Origin: the human T2T-CHM13v2.0 reference genome, Homo sapiens
Direction: 5' to 3' (one strand)
NCBI RefSeq assembly: GCF_009914755.1
Contig: NC_060945.1
Length of the DNA stretch: 64,000 bases
A program made the position numbers and the translations under genes. Below are positions 1 to 14,993 of the stretch, in pieces. The notes beneath the pieces are model-generated. The model did no database searches. It was not told the DNA's origin and saw only the letters and a program-made list of their open reading frames with translations. Numbering within the stretch: position 1 is the stretch's first letter; every line of letters starts with the position of its first letter.

Positions 1-3000
1 AGTTCTGTTTCCCCACCCCGTCACCCCGAGGGAGTGAAATAGGGTAAGGTTCACCAAGACATTCTGCAGATCAGCGTGGGCAGCAGCACTCTGGAGGGTT
101 CAGTGCCTCCCGCCTGGGGACAGAGGCCTCTGCTTCTCCCGACCCGTAGGCTGCAGTGATCCATGCAGTTCACTGCTCTGTCTGAAGGTTTGACTTAGGT
201 TTTAAGTGTTTTTACTCAGAGCAAGCTGATACATGCGCATTTTAGTAATCGTGATAATTGTTCCAACAGATTTCACGTCTGAAACTACATCTTGTTTAGA
301 AATCACTTTCCATGTAGGAGTTTTCCTTCTGGGATGCATTTCAAGCTGGGGCACTCGCTACTGGAGACGTCATCGGATTTACTGAGGAGGGTGTGTTTGC
401 GTGTGTTTGGCTACCTACGGATACTACAGATGAGGCGCTGTCTAATTTTGTTTCACAATGAGCTGAAATTTATCCCCACACCAATCCTCTTTTTGCCCTA
501 CGGAGTTTGTGCCTTGGCCCCACCCTAGGTGGCTCCGGCAGGTTCCTCAGCTGTGTGTACCCACCACCCCCACCTTGTCTGCACGTGACTGTGACTGACT
601 TTAGGAGGCCACACAATTCAGGAAGCAGAGTGTGCCACCCTGGCCAGACATACCATATTTTGAAAACTCCGTGCGTTCTCGTTATTTCACTGTGAGGTGC
701 CTGAGTGGCGGGGCCCCGATAGCCAGTCCCCTGTGACCTTCAGAAGGAGGCCACTGCTCCCGTAGTGGGTGCCTCATGCGGGTGGGGAGCTCTGTGTGCC
801 CACCTTTCATGGAAGCAGGGCATGTACAGCCGTGTGGCGGCAGCAACAGCGTAAGATGGTTCCGACAGGCTCCAGAGCACAGGAGACGGGCCTGGCTCTG
901 GGCCGCATGCGGGCTTGTGTGCTTTGTTTGGTTTGCATAGTAACCCGCGCCCTGTCCCCATGTGGATTGGAAGGACACTCTGTCAGCCGCTCCCTGCCAT
1001 CACCACACACTCCTGGAGCCTCTGCCACCACGGCCCGTGCTGACCCCAGAGCGAGTCAAAGCCAGGAGCCTTCCCACGGTGGGACTTCTATTTTTATGTG
1101 TGTCCTTATTTGTTTATTGAAAGATGTGAAGGGCAAGTGGGATTGGCACACAGAACAAGACGGTGCCGCCTGCTGGCCACAGCAAAGCCACCTCCCCCGG
1201 TCGCCGCTGTCCTGGGCAAGGCCTGGTCCCTGCAGAACCGGACACGGCCTGCCAGAGCCAGTGTGTGTGGCAGGACAGGGGACACCTGCAGAGGCTTGGC
1301 CTGTGGATGCTGCTCCTTACTGGGATGGAGGGAGAAGACGCGGCCCACATTCCTCAGGCTGGAGGGTGGGCAGGATGGGCAGGAGCTGTGGGGCCCGTGA
1401 GTGCTGGGCCTTGACCCTCTCTGTTGAGGTCCTGCCTGTGTCACTGGCCTGGGGACAGCTCCCGCCTGGCTGAGTGCCGAGCTAAATCCAGGTAGACAGG
1501 TTGGTGAGATGGCGCTCCCAGCGAGCTCACAGTGTCTCATTAACCTCATAAATGCAGCGGACACTGGGCTGCAGGTGACAGACGCGTTCTCTGGAGCACC
1601 GACAGCCCAGGCGTGCCGGAGAGAGAGGACTTGAGTGACTGTCCTCCTGGAACCCAGGGTGCCTTGTCCTGGCACTTCTGTGTACATCATCCAGCCCCGT
1701 TTTCACGTTCAGGAAGTCACGAATCCACAGTGTCTTTGAAGAAAGTGGGGAATAGAGTTATCAACCGTCACTCCACGGAGAGTCTAAGGCAGAGAGAAGT
1801 TGGGTTCCCCTTCCACGGTTCCCTGCCCCCGGGGACACAGTTGTGGGAGGTCTCAGGGCAGAGACGCCGCACGGTGGGGTAGGGGGCTCTGGTGCCAATA
1901 CCAATGCAGCCCGGTTCCCTGTCCTGGGCCTGCCAGTGACTTTGTGGTCCTGGGCAGGATTATTTTCAGAGGCAGTGGAGCTAGCGGGGCAGAGCTGTGC
2001 TGAGCGCTGAGGGATCATTTGTGTAAAGCACCTGCCACTGAGTGTGACCTCAGGGTTGCCCGTGCGACCTCAGCGTGGCCCATGGGACCTCGCTGTGGTG
2101 TGTCTCAGCAACATCATCTTTCTTACTGTCCCTGTTCTCTGGGCCTCTCTCAGACCTTGGGGACAGCAAGCTCTGCCCCGTGAACTCAGAGGCTGCAGCT
2201 CCTGATTGTGGGTGTCCACAGTGGGCAGGCCTGGCGGGGTGAGGGTGGGTGGGTGTTTCTGTCGGGATGAGGGGAAGGCGGGGATGAGGTGGGGGTGCAC
2301 ACCTGGGCTGAGGGGAGCAGAGGGAAGCAGGGCTTGCTGGCACATTCCCAGGGGGCTGCTGTAGGGCCAGTGTCCCCTCCTGGGGTGGCAGGAGGTGGCT
2401 CCTCACGGTGGCCGGGGTGGCCCACGGCAGGCCAGTGTGCGGTCCTCAAGCTGCTGGTGACAAACGCAAGGGGCCTGCTGCCCTGTCCCCTCGGGCGGGC
2501 GCCACTTCCTTCCTGCATGTTCCTGTTCCGCATTACAGATTGTTTTTATGGCCCCCACTACGTGAGATCCTGGGGCAGGGGCTGTGGGGGCTCTAGAGTG
2601 GGGGTGAACGCACGTCTGAGGCTCATCAGGGACTCAGCGTGGGGCCCTGGGGTGGGTTTGCCATTGCCTTTTCTCGAGGGCCCCGTGACTGGACAGCCCA
2701 ACTGCTCTCCAGGTCAGTTTTCTTGTCCAGACCCGGGGTCAGGGCGGACACTGGATGAGGGGGAGTGTCAGTGAGGGAAACAGAGACCTTTTAGAAATGA
2801 TGTCACACTGACACCTGTGTGCTGGACCTCCCACGTTCCCCGCATCTGGTGCTAGTGACGTCCCACTGCTGGGGTGAGGGAGGTTAATCACACCTGGAGT
2901 TTCGCTCGGTCACTGGCATGAGAAAGGAAATGTGGAATCTTCATGGGGTTTATCTGAAGAAAGATTTTATTGACATCCTAAAAACACTCTATTTTATGTT

Positions 3001-3536
3001 GTAGCTCTGAGGAGGCCTCCAGGAAATTGAATCAACATACTCGGTTCTTCTCTTTTAATATTTTTGAATAAATCATTAAGTTTTCATGTCCAGGGAAATA
3101 ATCAGGAGATATTATATTCCTATGACATTTGTTTGGGCGATATGTTCAGATGAGCTTTGTTCTTCTTAACCTTGAAAAAGAGATGTGGAGGTAAAAACCG
3201 AAGAGCGACGTGGAGTAGGACGCCACATCGGCCCCGTTAGTGCGACTCCCAGGCAGAGAACTGCCGCGTGCTTCAGCTTTGATTGACACTGAGCATCCCC
3301 AGCCACCGGCACTGTCGTCAGTATTCAGACAGTGCAGCTCCCGTTCATCAGAAACACCACCAGAAGGGGATTTTGGCAGAGGTCTTATGCCAAAATCCAT
3401 TATTTCAAAATAAGTAAAACCATGATTCTAAACATTCTAGGTTTGCTGTAAAGAGCATGATGAAAAGCTCCAGCTATCTCAATGTTCCATACAGGTTGAG
3501 GTTTTGTTTCCGTTCTGCTTTTTACCTGAAGAGGAT

Positions 3537-3539
<3 letters not shown>

Positions 3540-3583
<44 letters not shown>
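3540..3583. repeat. (GT)n microsatellite, ~21 units
   Basis: Direct. Confidence 0.95.
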
Positions 3584-3584
<1 letters not shown>

Positions 3585-3599
3585 TACCTACCTACTACC

Positions 3600-5050
<1,451 letters not shown>

Positions 5051-5764
5051 AAGCTCTGCCATCTGTTTTCTCCATGGGGAAAGGTTTGGGAATATCGATG
5101 ATGTCATCATACTCCTGGCTGCTTCTTGACATTTTCCATGCCCAGCATTGTTCTCAGTGCGCCCCGGGGGTCTTTGGTTCTCCATAGCCTGCTGGCGTCC
5201 ATGTGTTTTTATTCTTTCTTTATGGTTGAGGAAACTGAGGCACAGCTTGGAAGCGGTTGGCACTGGGGTTAGGCTCCAGTAGTCTCGGCATGTAGCAGCA
5301 AATGTGGGAGGGGCAGCACAGGGGAAAGGTGAGGGGAGAGTCAGGAGAGAAGGACGCCGCATACCAGATGCCCAGAGGCCCCGGCGGCCTCCATCCAAGC
5401 ACAGGCCCAAGCACCAGCTGCAAGAGCCAGAGGACGGCACTCCCGCGCCTGCCACGAGCCTCACGTGGAGAGTGGACAGTGGCATGGAAACGCCAGAGGG
5501 TTAGAACTGAGCAGCAGGACGGGGTCTGTGGGTGCACGAGAGGAGGCCCTTGGTCTGGAACAGCCTGGGGTCCCCATGTGCTGTCACTGTGTGGACTGGC
5601 CACACCTGGTGTGCCGCTTCCTTTCTCAGTCATGGCCAGCTGCCGAATGCCGTACCAGGGCAGGGGCAGTGGAGCAGGTGTCTGCCCTACATTGCTCATC
5701 CTTGGTAGTTTGGGTGATGAGGTTTTGAGACCTGGATGCTGGAGAACAGGCAGACATGGGTGCC

Positions 5765-5890
5765 CGGCACGCCAGCTCCCCGAGCACCAGCTCCCCTGCC
5801 GAGCACCAGCTCCCATATGCCAGTCCCCTGAGAACCAGCTCCCTGAGCACGCCAGCCCCCCAAGGACCAGCTCCCACACACCAGCCCTCT
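5765..5890. repeat. Degenerate short tandem repeat (ccagctccc core)
   Basis: About 7 spaced copies of ccagctccc/ccagcccc. Confidence 0.7.
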
Positions 5891-6349
5891 CACCGCGGTG
5901 TGCCTGTCCCCACCTCCCAAGGGCGGAAGGAGGGGCCTCCAGGCCTCGTCTTCCTTCACTGTGCCCATGCTCAGAGATGGTGACTTCATAAGAGGCCACA
6001 GAGGCTCCGCAAGTCCCCAGGCCGTCGGCTGCCTGGCCCTGGCCTGCGTGGCAGCGCAACCTCGTTGGTAGAGTCAGGAGGCTGGGCCTCCACTAGGATG
6101 TTATACAGGCAGCATGGCTTAGGTGTCAGAGACGGGAAAGGACCTGGAAGAAAAGAACTGTTTCCTTTAGGCCCCGTGGGGTAACCAGAAGGTAAGACTA
6201 GGAGGTGTGCGATGGTGATGGGGCGGAGGAGGGGACAGCGGGAACCTGTGGAGGGGCGGGCTCAAGCCCTGGTCGTGAGCAGGATGACATTCAGATAGCT
6301 GGGAGCACGAGGAGGCCACGTGCCCATGGTGGAGGAGCCACAGCACAAA

Positions 6350-6685
6350 GCAAGCCACGCCATGCCACCCACGTGCTGCCATATCACATCACGCCACCCA
6401 CGCCACTCACACGCCACCCATGCCACCCACACCACCTCTACCCCTCACGTCACCGACGCCACTCACATGCCACTCACATGCCATTGACACGCCACCCACG
6501 CCACTCACATGCCACCCATGCCACCCACACCACCTCTGCCCCTCACATGTCACCCACGCCACTCACATGCCACTCACATGCCATTGACACGCCACCACGC
6601 CACTTACGCCACCCACGCTACTACCCATGCCACCCATGTGCCGTCCACCACCCACGCCACCCACACCACTCACATGCCACACACA
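6350..6685. repeat. CA/CCA-rich low-complexity repeat (cacatgccac)
   Basis: Direct; contains an internally duplicated ~36-nt block. Confidence 0.85.
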
Positions 6686-9172
6686 GAACCAGTGTGGAGG
6701 CTGGACAGGGGGGGCTTCTCACCTGAGAGCGTGAGGAAGCAGTGGGGAGCACCTGGCAATTCTGGAGAGCTCAGCCAAGTCACCAAAGTGCCGTGCCGCG
6801 CTAGCACGCTTTGCTGTGCGGGCATCGGTTGTGTCACACACTGGGCCGTGTGGTGGCCTTGCGTGGTGAGGGAGCAGGAGGCAGGCTCAGGACACACCAC
6901 AAGAGCAAATGTCAGAGCTGGGACCCAGGGGCAGCACCCTCCAGTAGCAGCACCCAGATCCCGCCTCTCTCCAGCCCCGGGGAGGCTGAGCCGGGGTCCC
7001 CAGCTGGGAGTGCCCCCAGGCGCCTGGCCCTGGCAGGCATGAAGCCGTTCAGGAGGAGGGCAGGGCCAGCATAGGCCCCACAATGTCCCCACAGTTTTTA
7101 CAGTGAGAAGTGGCCTTAGAGGTCAAGTCCAGGAGCGGCCTGCAGGGCGGCCTCTGCACGCAGTACTGGGCATCGGCGCTGCTGCGGAGCTCGGAGAGAC
7201 CTGAGGCCGGGCCCACAGATGCTCACTGCTCGGTAGGGGCATTCTGGGGCCTCAGGGCTGGGTCTGCCTGGCATTTGGGGAGTCTGTTATTCAGACATGG
7301 AAAGGGAACGACTCTCCCAGGAAGGGATTTTTTTTTTTCCTTATCACGAGAAAGGCAGTGACCCAGGCGTGGGGCAGGAAGGACAACCTGGCTTCATCAT
7401 CACAGGCGGCCACGGAGGAGCTCAGACTCAGGCCCACAGCACCTCAGCTACTCTGGAGATTAAGGAGTGGAGAAGCCTCAGCCAGGGCTCGGGGCTTGGG
7501 GCAGTGCCCTGGCTCTCCAGGTGCGCTAAGCAAACAGATCATGCCAGGCTTTTTCCCTGATGGCGGCTCGAGTCGGAAGCCAGAGTGTAGAACAGTAGCG
7601 GAGCCCGCCCAGCTGTTCCTAAGCAAGGCCTAGGCCCCACTGCAGGGTCACACGGAAGGCTCACATGCCGCAGCCCTGGCCCCCACACCTGCAGCTCGGG
7701 CACCCCTGGGGACAGCCGTGGTGGTCAATCTGCTCACTTCAAAGAGGGGGAGCCAAGGCCAGAGAAGTCAAGTGACCTGCCAGGACCCCAGCTCTGCAGC
7801 CCAAAGAGTCCAGGACTGAAGCAAAAGCAGGGAGAGGGGAGGACAATGCAGCCCCAGCCCCTTGTGCCTGACGTCACACCAGGCTGGCACCAGGCCTCCA
7901 ACCCCAGCCGGGTTCCTCAGCCTCCCCTAGCAGTGGCGAGCACGGCATTGTTTACCGGGGGCTGTGGACTTTTCTGTGGGTGCACCTGCAGCGTTCGTCT
8001 GTCTGAGAGCAGACTGCTGTCCTCCGTGGGGCCAGTGCCTCTGCCCTCCTGGCACACGGCCACAGTGCCTCCCTCCGGAAGAATGGCCTGGGAGTCAAAG
8101 CTGCAAGTTTTAGTTGTCTCCTCATGTACAAGGATTTCTCCGGCAGAGGAAGACACAGTGAGAGAATCAGGTGGCACGCCGGTAATGCCTGTGTTGAAAG
8201 ACCTGCTCGTGAATGAGCTCTGCCCCTATAATACTTCTGTTCTATCACAGCCGAAAAGCTCACCCGACTGCTGCCCACAGAGACTTCAGATACCTTGGCA
8301 AAAACAAGACATCCTTTCCTTTTCCCGACCGCAGCTCTTGGATGGAGGCGCAGAGGCCTAGTGCTTCTGAGTGGAGCCATGCCTGGCGCCAGCCTGGCTC
8401 TCCCGTGTCAGCTCCGCCTAAAGCGGCTCCCAGGCCTCTGTGCCTCAGCGAAAAGGGCTTCCCTGTGTATTTGCAACTGCACGGCCTGTTTCCTTGCCCT
8501 AAAATTTGTTAAAATCTTCAAGATGTGAACAAGCTTTTTTCCTCTTAAAAAAATGACATATTTAGAAGTAGGCTGTGGGTCCCTGGGATGCTGGTTCCCC
8601 CAAGTATTTTTCTCTAATAGAAATCTTTGGTTTTGTTTTTAAAAGGAATTCTCCATTCACGTACTGTTCTGAATGGTAGCCATGTTTGCTTTAAGATAAA
8701 AGAACACCCCGCCTGCAAACCTGAGTGGGGCTGGCACTCCTGGGTGGGGGAACGTTGACCCTGTGGCTTCCTGTGGCCCTGGAGAAAACTCAGGCTTGCT
8801 GTTATCACAGGGGTACCCATGAGTGACTTTTGGATTTTGGGAAATGCAAAGCATGTAGATAAGAAGTTGGTCCCTAGATATGTGTGAGTCCCAAAGGCCC
8901 ACTGGGTGGGGCGCTGGTGAATTGAGCTGAAAGTAGCAGAATCTGCCTTGAGCTGACCTAGGTGGGAAGCCCCAGGGGTCAGCTCCTCTACGCTGGCCTT
9001 TGCTTGGCTTGGCGGAGGCGCGCAAGGCCCCTGACTATATCTGTTCCTCCTCTGGGCCACCCTCTAGGTTGCTTTCCACTGCAGGCCTGTCTCCTTGAGG
9101 TGACATCGTGGCTGCCTCTGCACCAGCCATCACAACTTGATACAGATAAGTCTGATGTCAGGAAAAGGGAGT

Positions 9173-9338
9173 TTTTTTTGTTTTGTTTTGTTTTTCTGGA
9201 GACAGGGTCTCCCTCTGTCACTAAGGCTTAAGTGCAGTGGCGCAATCGTGGCTCACTGCAGCCTTGAACTCCTGTGTTCAGGTGATCCTCCTGCCTCCGA
9301 AAGTGCTGGAATTACAGGCGTGAGCCACCATGCCTGGA
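9173..9338 (-). mobile_element. Alu monomer / deleted AluJ-like
   Basis: Antisense Alu motifs, short. Confidence 0.8.
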
Positions 9339-9701
9339 CAGGAAAAGGGAAATTTCTTTTTGCAACCTTTTGTCAGGGGCTGAAACCTTTCTGGAAGCTC
9401 CAAAAGACTCCTTTCTCTCTCTCATTAACTATCTCTAAGGCAGTCATTAGGACGCATCCCATGAAACCAGATGACTTCTGCATAGCCATTGCCTTCTATA
9501 CCTCAGGCAGGTTCTTGTTAGAAGAAGTGCCAGGCAGAGGTTGTGTGGGCAGCCAGTCATATTTGCATATTTTGGGGTGACTGTGCAGACAGTGCTGGAC
9601 CAAGGAAGTTGTCTGGGTCCTCGCTGCAGAGGGAGGAGGAAGCAGCTCACACGCTTGCTGTTGTCTGGTGGGAGGGCTGCATTTCTCCTCTCTCCCCCAC
9701 T

Positions 9702-9702
9702 T

Positions 9703-9733
<31 letters not shown>

Positions 9734-9734
9734 G

Positions 9735-9767
<33 letters not shown>

Positions 9768-9770
9768 CAC
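9702..9770. repeat. Compound (CT)n(CA)n microsatellite
   Basis: Direct. Confidence 0.9.
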
Positions 9771-9936
9771 TGTTGGGTTTCTTGGGCTGCTAACAGGATT
9801 AAATGAATGTCTTGGTTCCATGATGTGCATGTTACGCTAGAGAGCTAAGTTAGTTAACATCGCTCATTGGGATAGAAGGAACGTACTGAGGAACGTACTG
9901 AGGATTAGAAGTCAGAATTCTTGAATCTGCAAATCT

Positions 9937-10213
9937 TTTTTTTTTTTTTTTTTTTTTTTTTGAGACAGAGTCTTGCTCTTGTTGCCCAGGCTGGAGTGCT
10001 CACTGTAACCTCTGCCTCCCGAGTTCAAGCGATTCTCCTGCCTCAGCCTCCTGAGAAGCTGGGATTACAGGCATGCTAATTTTTTGTATTTTTAATAGAG
10101 ACAGGGTTTCACCATGTTGGCCAGGCTGGTCTCAAACTCCTGACCTCAGGTGATCCACCAGCCTCGGCCTCCCACAGTGCTGGGATTACAGGTGTGAGCC
10201 ACCGTGCCCGGCC
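9937..10213 (-). mobile_element. Alu with small internal deletions, TSD tgcaaatctt
   Basis: Poly-T plus Alu body; TSD on both sides. Confidence 0.92.
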
Positions 10214-10319
10214 TGCAAATCTTCTATTTTGTTCAGACACTAACTCCAGCCCTATAAATAGTCATCCAATACTTCCAGTAAATGGTGCGCCTCATATTGA
10301 TCTGCCTGGTTGCCTTACC

Positions 10320-10505
10320 GTGTTTGTTACATTGCTGTGTAACGAGTTACCCACAAACTTAGCAGCGAAAACAGCAGACATCTATTATCTCACACAGCTG
10401 CGGAGGGTCAGGAATCCAGGAGTGGCTTAGCGGGCGATTCTGGGTGTCACGTGGAGTCACATGGGGTCAATGTGTTGGCCGGGGATGCAGTCACCTGAAG
10501 CCTTG
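10320..10505. mobile_element. MLT1-type MaLR LTR fragment
   Basis: ttgctgtgtaac...cccacaaacttagc...ggtcaggaatccagg...ggcttagc resembles MLT1. Confidence 0.6.
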
Positions 10506-13062
10506 TGGGGGGAAGGAGGGGCTCCCCCAGGCCTGGGAAGGCTGTGGCTGCCCCATCACGCTCTCTCCTCCACCAGGTTCACAGGTTCACAGAAGTAAAG
10601 GCTGAGCATGTCAGGACTGAGCTGAGCGGTTCCCACCTCTCAGTCCACAGTTTCCCACAGAGCACGCAGGGGCCGCACCAGGGCTGGGACGGGGCTGCGA
10701 CCAGGCTAGGGGAGCATCCTGGGCAAACCCTGCTGGGGACAGGTTCGTTGTGTCTGATGCCGTGGGAGATGCACGAGCAGTGACTTTCACTTTATCCCAC
10801 TGTGGCCCCGTGACCCTGAGCGAGAATGCACTGGCCGGGCCTCCAGGGGGCGCTCCCTTAGGAACACCCCATCCCCGTCCCCGTGTGCTGTCGAGGGCCT
10901 CTAGCGGGCGCTCCCTTGATAACACCCCACCCCCGTCGCTGTTGTTGTCGGGGGCCTCCCGCGCCCCAGGAGGTTTCCCAGGGCGATGCTCTGGTCCCTG
11001 GGTCCTTTGATCTCATCTCCCTAGTTTAGCCTTTGAACTCCATTTCAGATTGAGAGGTTTCAGGCTGGAGTGACATGGAGGGACGTGCCTGACTTCTGGA
11101 GGATAAGAGGCGGCCCACCCCACAGCTCTTCCAGCGTGGGAGCTCTGAACATGGGACCCGGAGCACCACCGTTTAGCAAACCTTGCTGCAGTTTGGAGAG
11201 AGTGTCGCGGGCGCCTGGCCTGTCCGGCAGGCTGGGTGGCTGTTCTCTGTTGAGCCCACAGCCATGCCCCACATGCAGGACGTTTGCCTATCACTTGGAG
11301 GCCTTTCAGGGATCTTGCTAGCCCACGGCTGAGCACAGGGTAGACCTCACCAACTCACCCACAACCTGGCCCCTTGACACACTGGTGCTGTGAGGAGGAA
11401 GATGTGGGCACTCTTAGGTCCCTGGTCCTAGGGGTCTGTGCTGGGGTGGGGCTCGTTGACCTGCATCCTGGCTGGCCCTGTGACTCTGCCTGTTTACAGT
11501 GAGCAGCTCCTGGCCAAAAGCTGCTTATTGGATTAGCCGGTGCCCCGACGGCAGAGCCCGCAGCTGTGCGCAGGAGGACGAACCTGTGTGTATGTCCTGC
11601 TTCAGCGCGCTCCTGGGGTCCCTTGAGTTGGTCTCTGTGACTAGAAGGACAGTGCTGGCCACGCAGGTGGCACCCTGGGGGTGCCCAGCACCCACTTCCT
11701 GCTGAGCAGATGCTCTGGGTGGCAACGGCCCCTGCCAAGCCTGGGCAGCTCAGGCCAGGTCCTAATCCCTCCGCTTGAGCTCGGCTCCTCACCCTTTGGC
11801 CAGGCTGACACCTGCTCCCCGCAGGTCCTTCTCGCCGGCTTCAGGCAGCACAGGACCGAGGGCTGAAGATGCTGAGCAGCTACCCGGCCTGCCTCTTCTC
11901 AGGGATCTGTGTGGCCCTGCTGGCGGTGGCTTTGGCCTATTACTTCTACTGGTGAGTGAGGCCGGGGCCCGGGGGCCTGGGCAGTCCTGGGGGCCTTTAC
12001 TGTGTGCTCCCCTCCTCTTCCAGCCCTGGACCGTTCTCTGCATGTCAACAAACCCTGCCTAGCCCTTTGCAGGGGAACTCCTGGGAGGTAGGGAAGCAGG
12101 GGATGGCAGGAACTCATTCTGATCCCTCCTGGGGTCCTTGGGCAGCTCTCCCATCCTTCTGCAAAGGGGTTTTTGTTCAGAACATTCCTGAAGGAGCTGA
12201 GCGGTTTCATACCATCTGGGCGGTGTTTGTAGATGCCTGGCATGTCCTGGGACGGACAAGTGCCTGATGTATGGGCACAGACTCCCACTGCCCCCCAAGG
12301 CAGGTGCTGTAGGATGGCTGATTTACATGGTGATCTGCACCCTGAGCAGAAAATGCGTAGTTACCATCAAAGTGGCGCTGCTCTGTCACACCCATTGCCT
12401 GATGGGCTGGTTTATGGTGATCGCAGGCGATTTCCCAGCTGCCCTTGACCAGAGTCCGTGCCGGCTCTTACTGCAGAAGCCGAGAATCAGCAGGTGTCAC
12501 AGATCACGCTGGCCTAGGATTTCAGAGACTCGGTCCCAACCCCGCTGTGTCTCCGGGCTGGGATTAGATGGGGTGTTTGTGCTCCAGGCCTCCAGTGCTC
12601 ATTGGTAAAACGGGACACTGATGCCGCCTGCTGTTTCTGCAGAGGGTCAAAGGGCACAAGATGCGTGCCAGCCTCTGTCCATGGGGTGTGTGATGATGGT
12701 ACCAGGTGGTGCAGGGGGCAGCTGGGGGGACCCAAAAACCCCAAGTCTGGGTGCCAACTTTATTTTCTAGAGCCGGAGAACGGGGTGATTTCCTAGGAAG
12801 AGACCACAGCTCCCCTGGAGGTTCCACGCTAGATTGTGTTTGTTTTTCTTGGTGCACACTTGGCCAGGAGCTGCTTCTCTCTGATCTGGAAGCTTTCTCT
12901 TCTATAGATCCGATTAATGCACTTCCATTGCTAACAGCGGGGAGGGTCACTGCAGGTGACACAGGCAGGAGGATGCCCAGTCTTCCCCATGACTCAGTTT
13001 ATGTAAAAACGATCAATACTATTTACAAAGAGGTTTACCCAGAGCCAAAAGACAGAATCCTA

Positions 13063-13178
13063 AGGCTGAGGCAGGAGGATCCCTTGAGCTCAGGAGGTCA
13101 AGGCCACAGTGAGCTGTGATTACGCCACTGCACTCCAGCCTGGGCAACAGAGCGAGACCCCATCTCTAAAAAACAAAC
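13063..13178 (+). mobile_element. Alu right-arm fragment
   Basis: ggctgaggcaggaggatc...gagcgagaccccatctctaaaa. Confidence 0.8.
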
Positions 13179-14260
13179 AGAACCTAAGTGTGGAATTTAG
13201 GAGACAAATTAGCTTGGGATTTGGGGCCTCTGAGAGTTTGAGCAAGGGGGTCGGTCATTGGTGAGGGTTCCAAAACCCCAGGAGCAACCGCTCACTCATC
13301 CTCAACCTGGGGCTACCGCGAGTGTGACGGGGGCCATGTATACAGGGCAGGCTGGCCCCAGCGAGCGGGCGACTCTGGCAGCTTCCACGGACCGTTCCTG
13401 GCGCCTGGGCGGAGAAAGGGTATCAAATCATTTCCTGGGATTCGTGGCTGAGCTATGCAGTTTCACAAATGCTCAAAATGATGAAAGACCTATTAGGTGT
13501 TGGGAAAAGAGCGCCTCTGTCTGGGAAGAGTGCCGCATTGCGCCTGAGCAGCTGCTCGTAATTGGCTTATGCCAAGCCTCTCAGCTTCAGCCTGCTGACC
13601 AGGTGGCAGGGGACTGGCTGTGCCACCTCCTCACCCACAGCGTTTCCAAGGATGTGCATTTCTCCTTTGCCCTCAGGTCTTCAGTAAGTTAGCTGTGGAA
13701 TTCGAGGCCTCAAGTGGTGGCCTGCGCCGTGGCAGCGTACCCACAGGTGCCATTTAGTGGCACTTGCAGTACGACCTGGGAGCTTCCGGAACCTGTGGGC
13801 TTGTGAGGTCCCTGTTGATCCTGTTTGACCTGGAGGGCCACAGAGGCGGCTTGGTTTTTTTGTGGGGACAGAGACGTTGAGCGTCACGGTGGGTGCTAGG
13901 CCTGTAATAGGAGCGATTCTGCATTGATGGCACCACGGGTCCAGGGAGGCCTCGCCAGCTCCCTCCCAGAGCAGGAAGGCGGGCTGGCCACTCACCAGGA
14001 GCCTGGGAGTCTGGCGTCCTTCACGAGGCGCTCCTGAAGCACCTCTGCCTACCCTGCATTCGCCACACGTGCCCAGGTACCTGGCGACGGACAGCAGGGA
14101 GCCCACAATGCCAGCTCTTCCTGGAGACGCCCGCCCCTGCGGTGGCCACTGGTGTTCAGTATGTGACTCTCTGAGCGTGGGGTTCTAGACCAGGAACCCT
14201 CTGTGCTCGGTCCACATGAAAAGAGCAGCTTCTCGTTCATCTTCAGAGACCTGTTCTTAA

Positions 14261-14993
<733 letters not shown>

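Noticed and set aside
11499-11705. ORF/exon just upstream of the candidate microprotein exon
   Set aside because: Weak donor (cag|gtggca), and the phase does not join the hydrophobic frame
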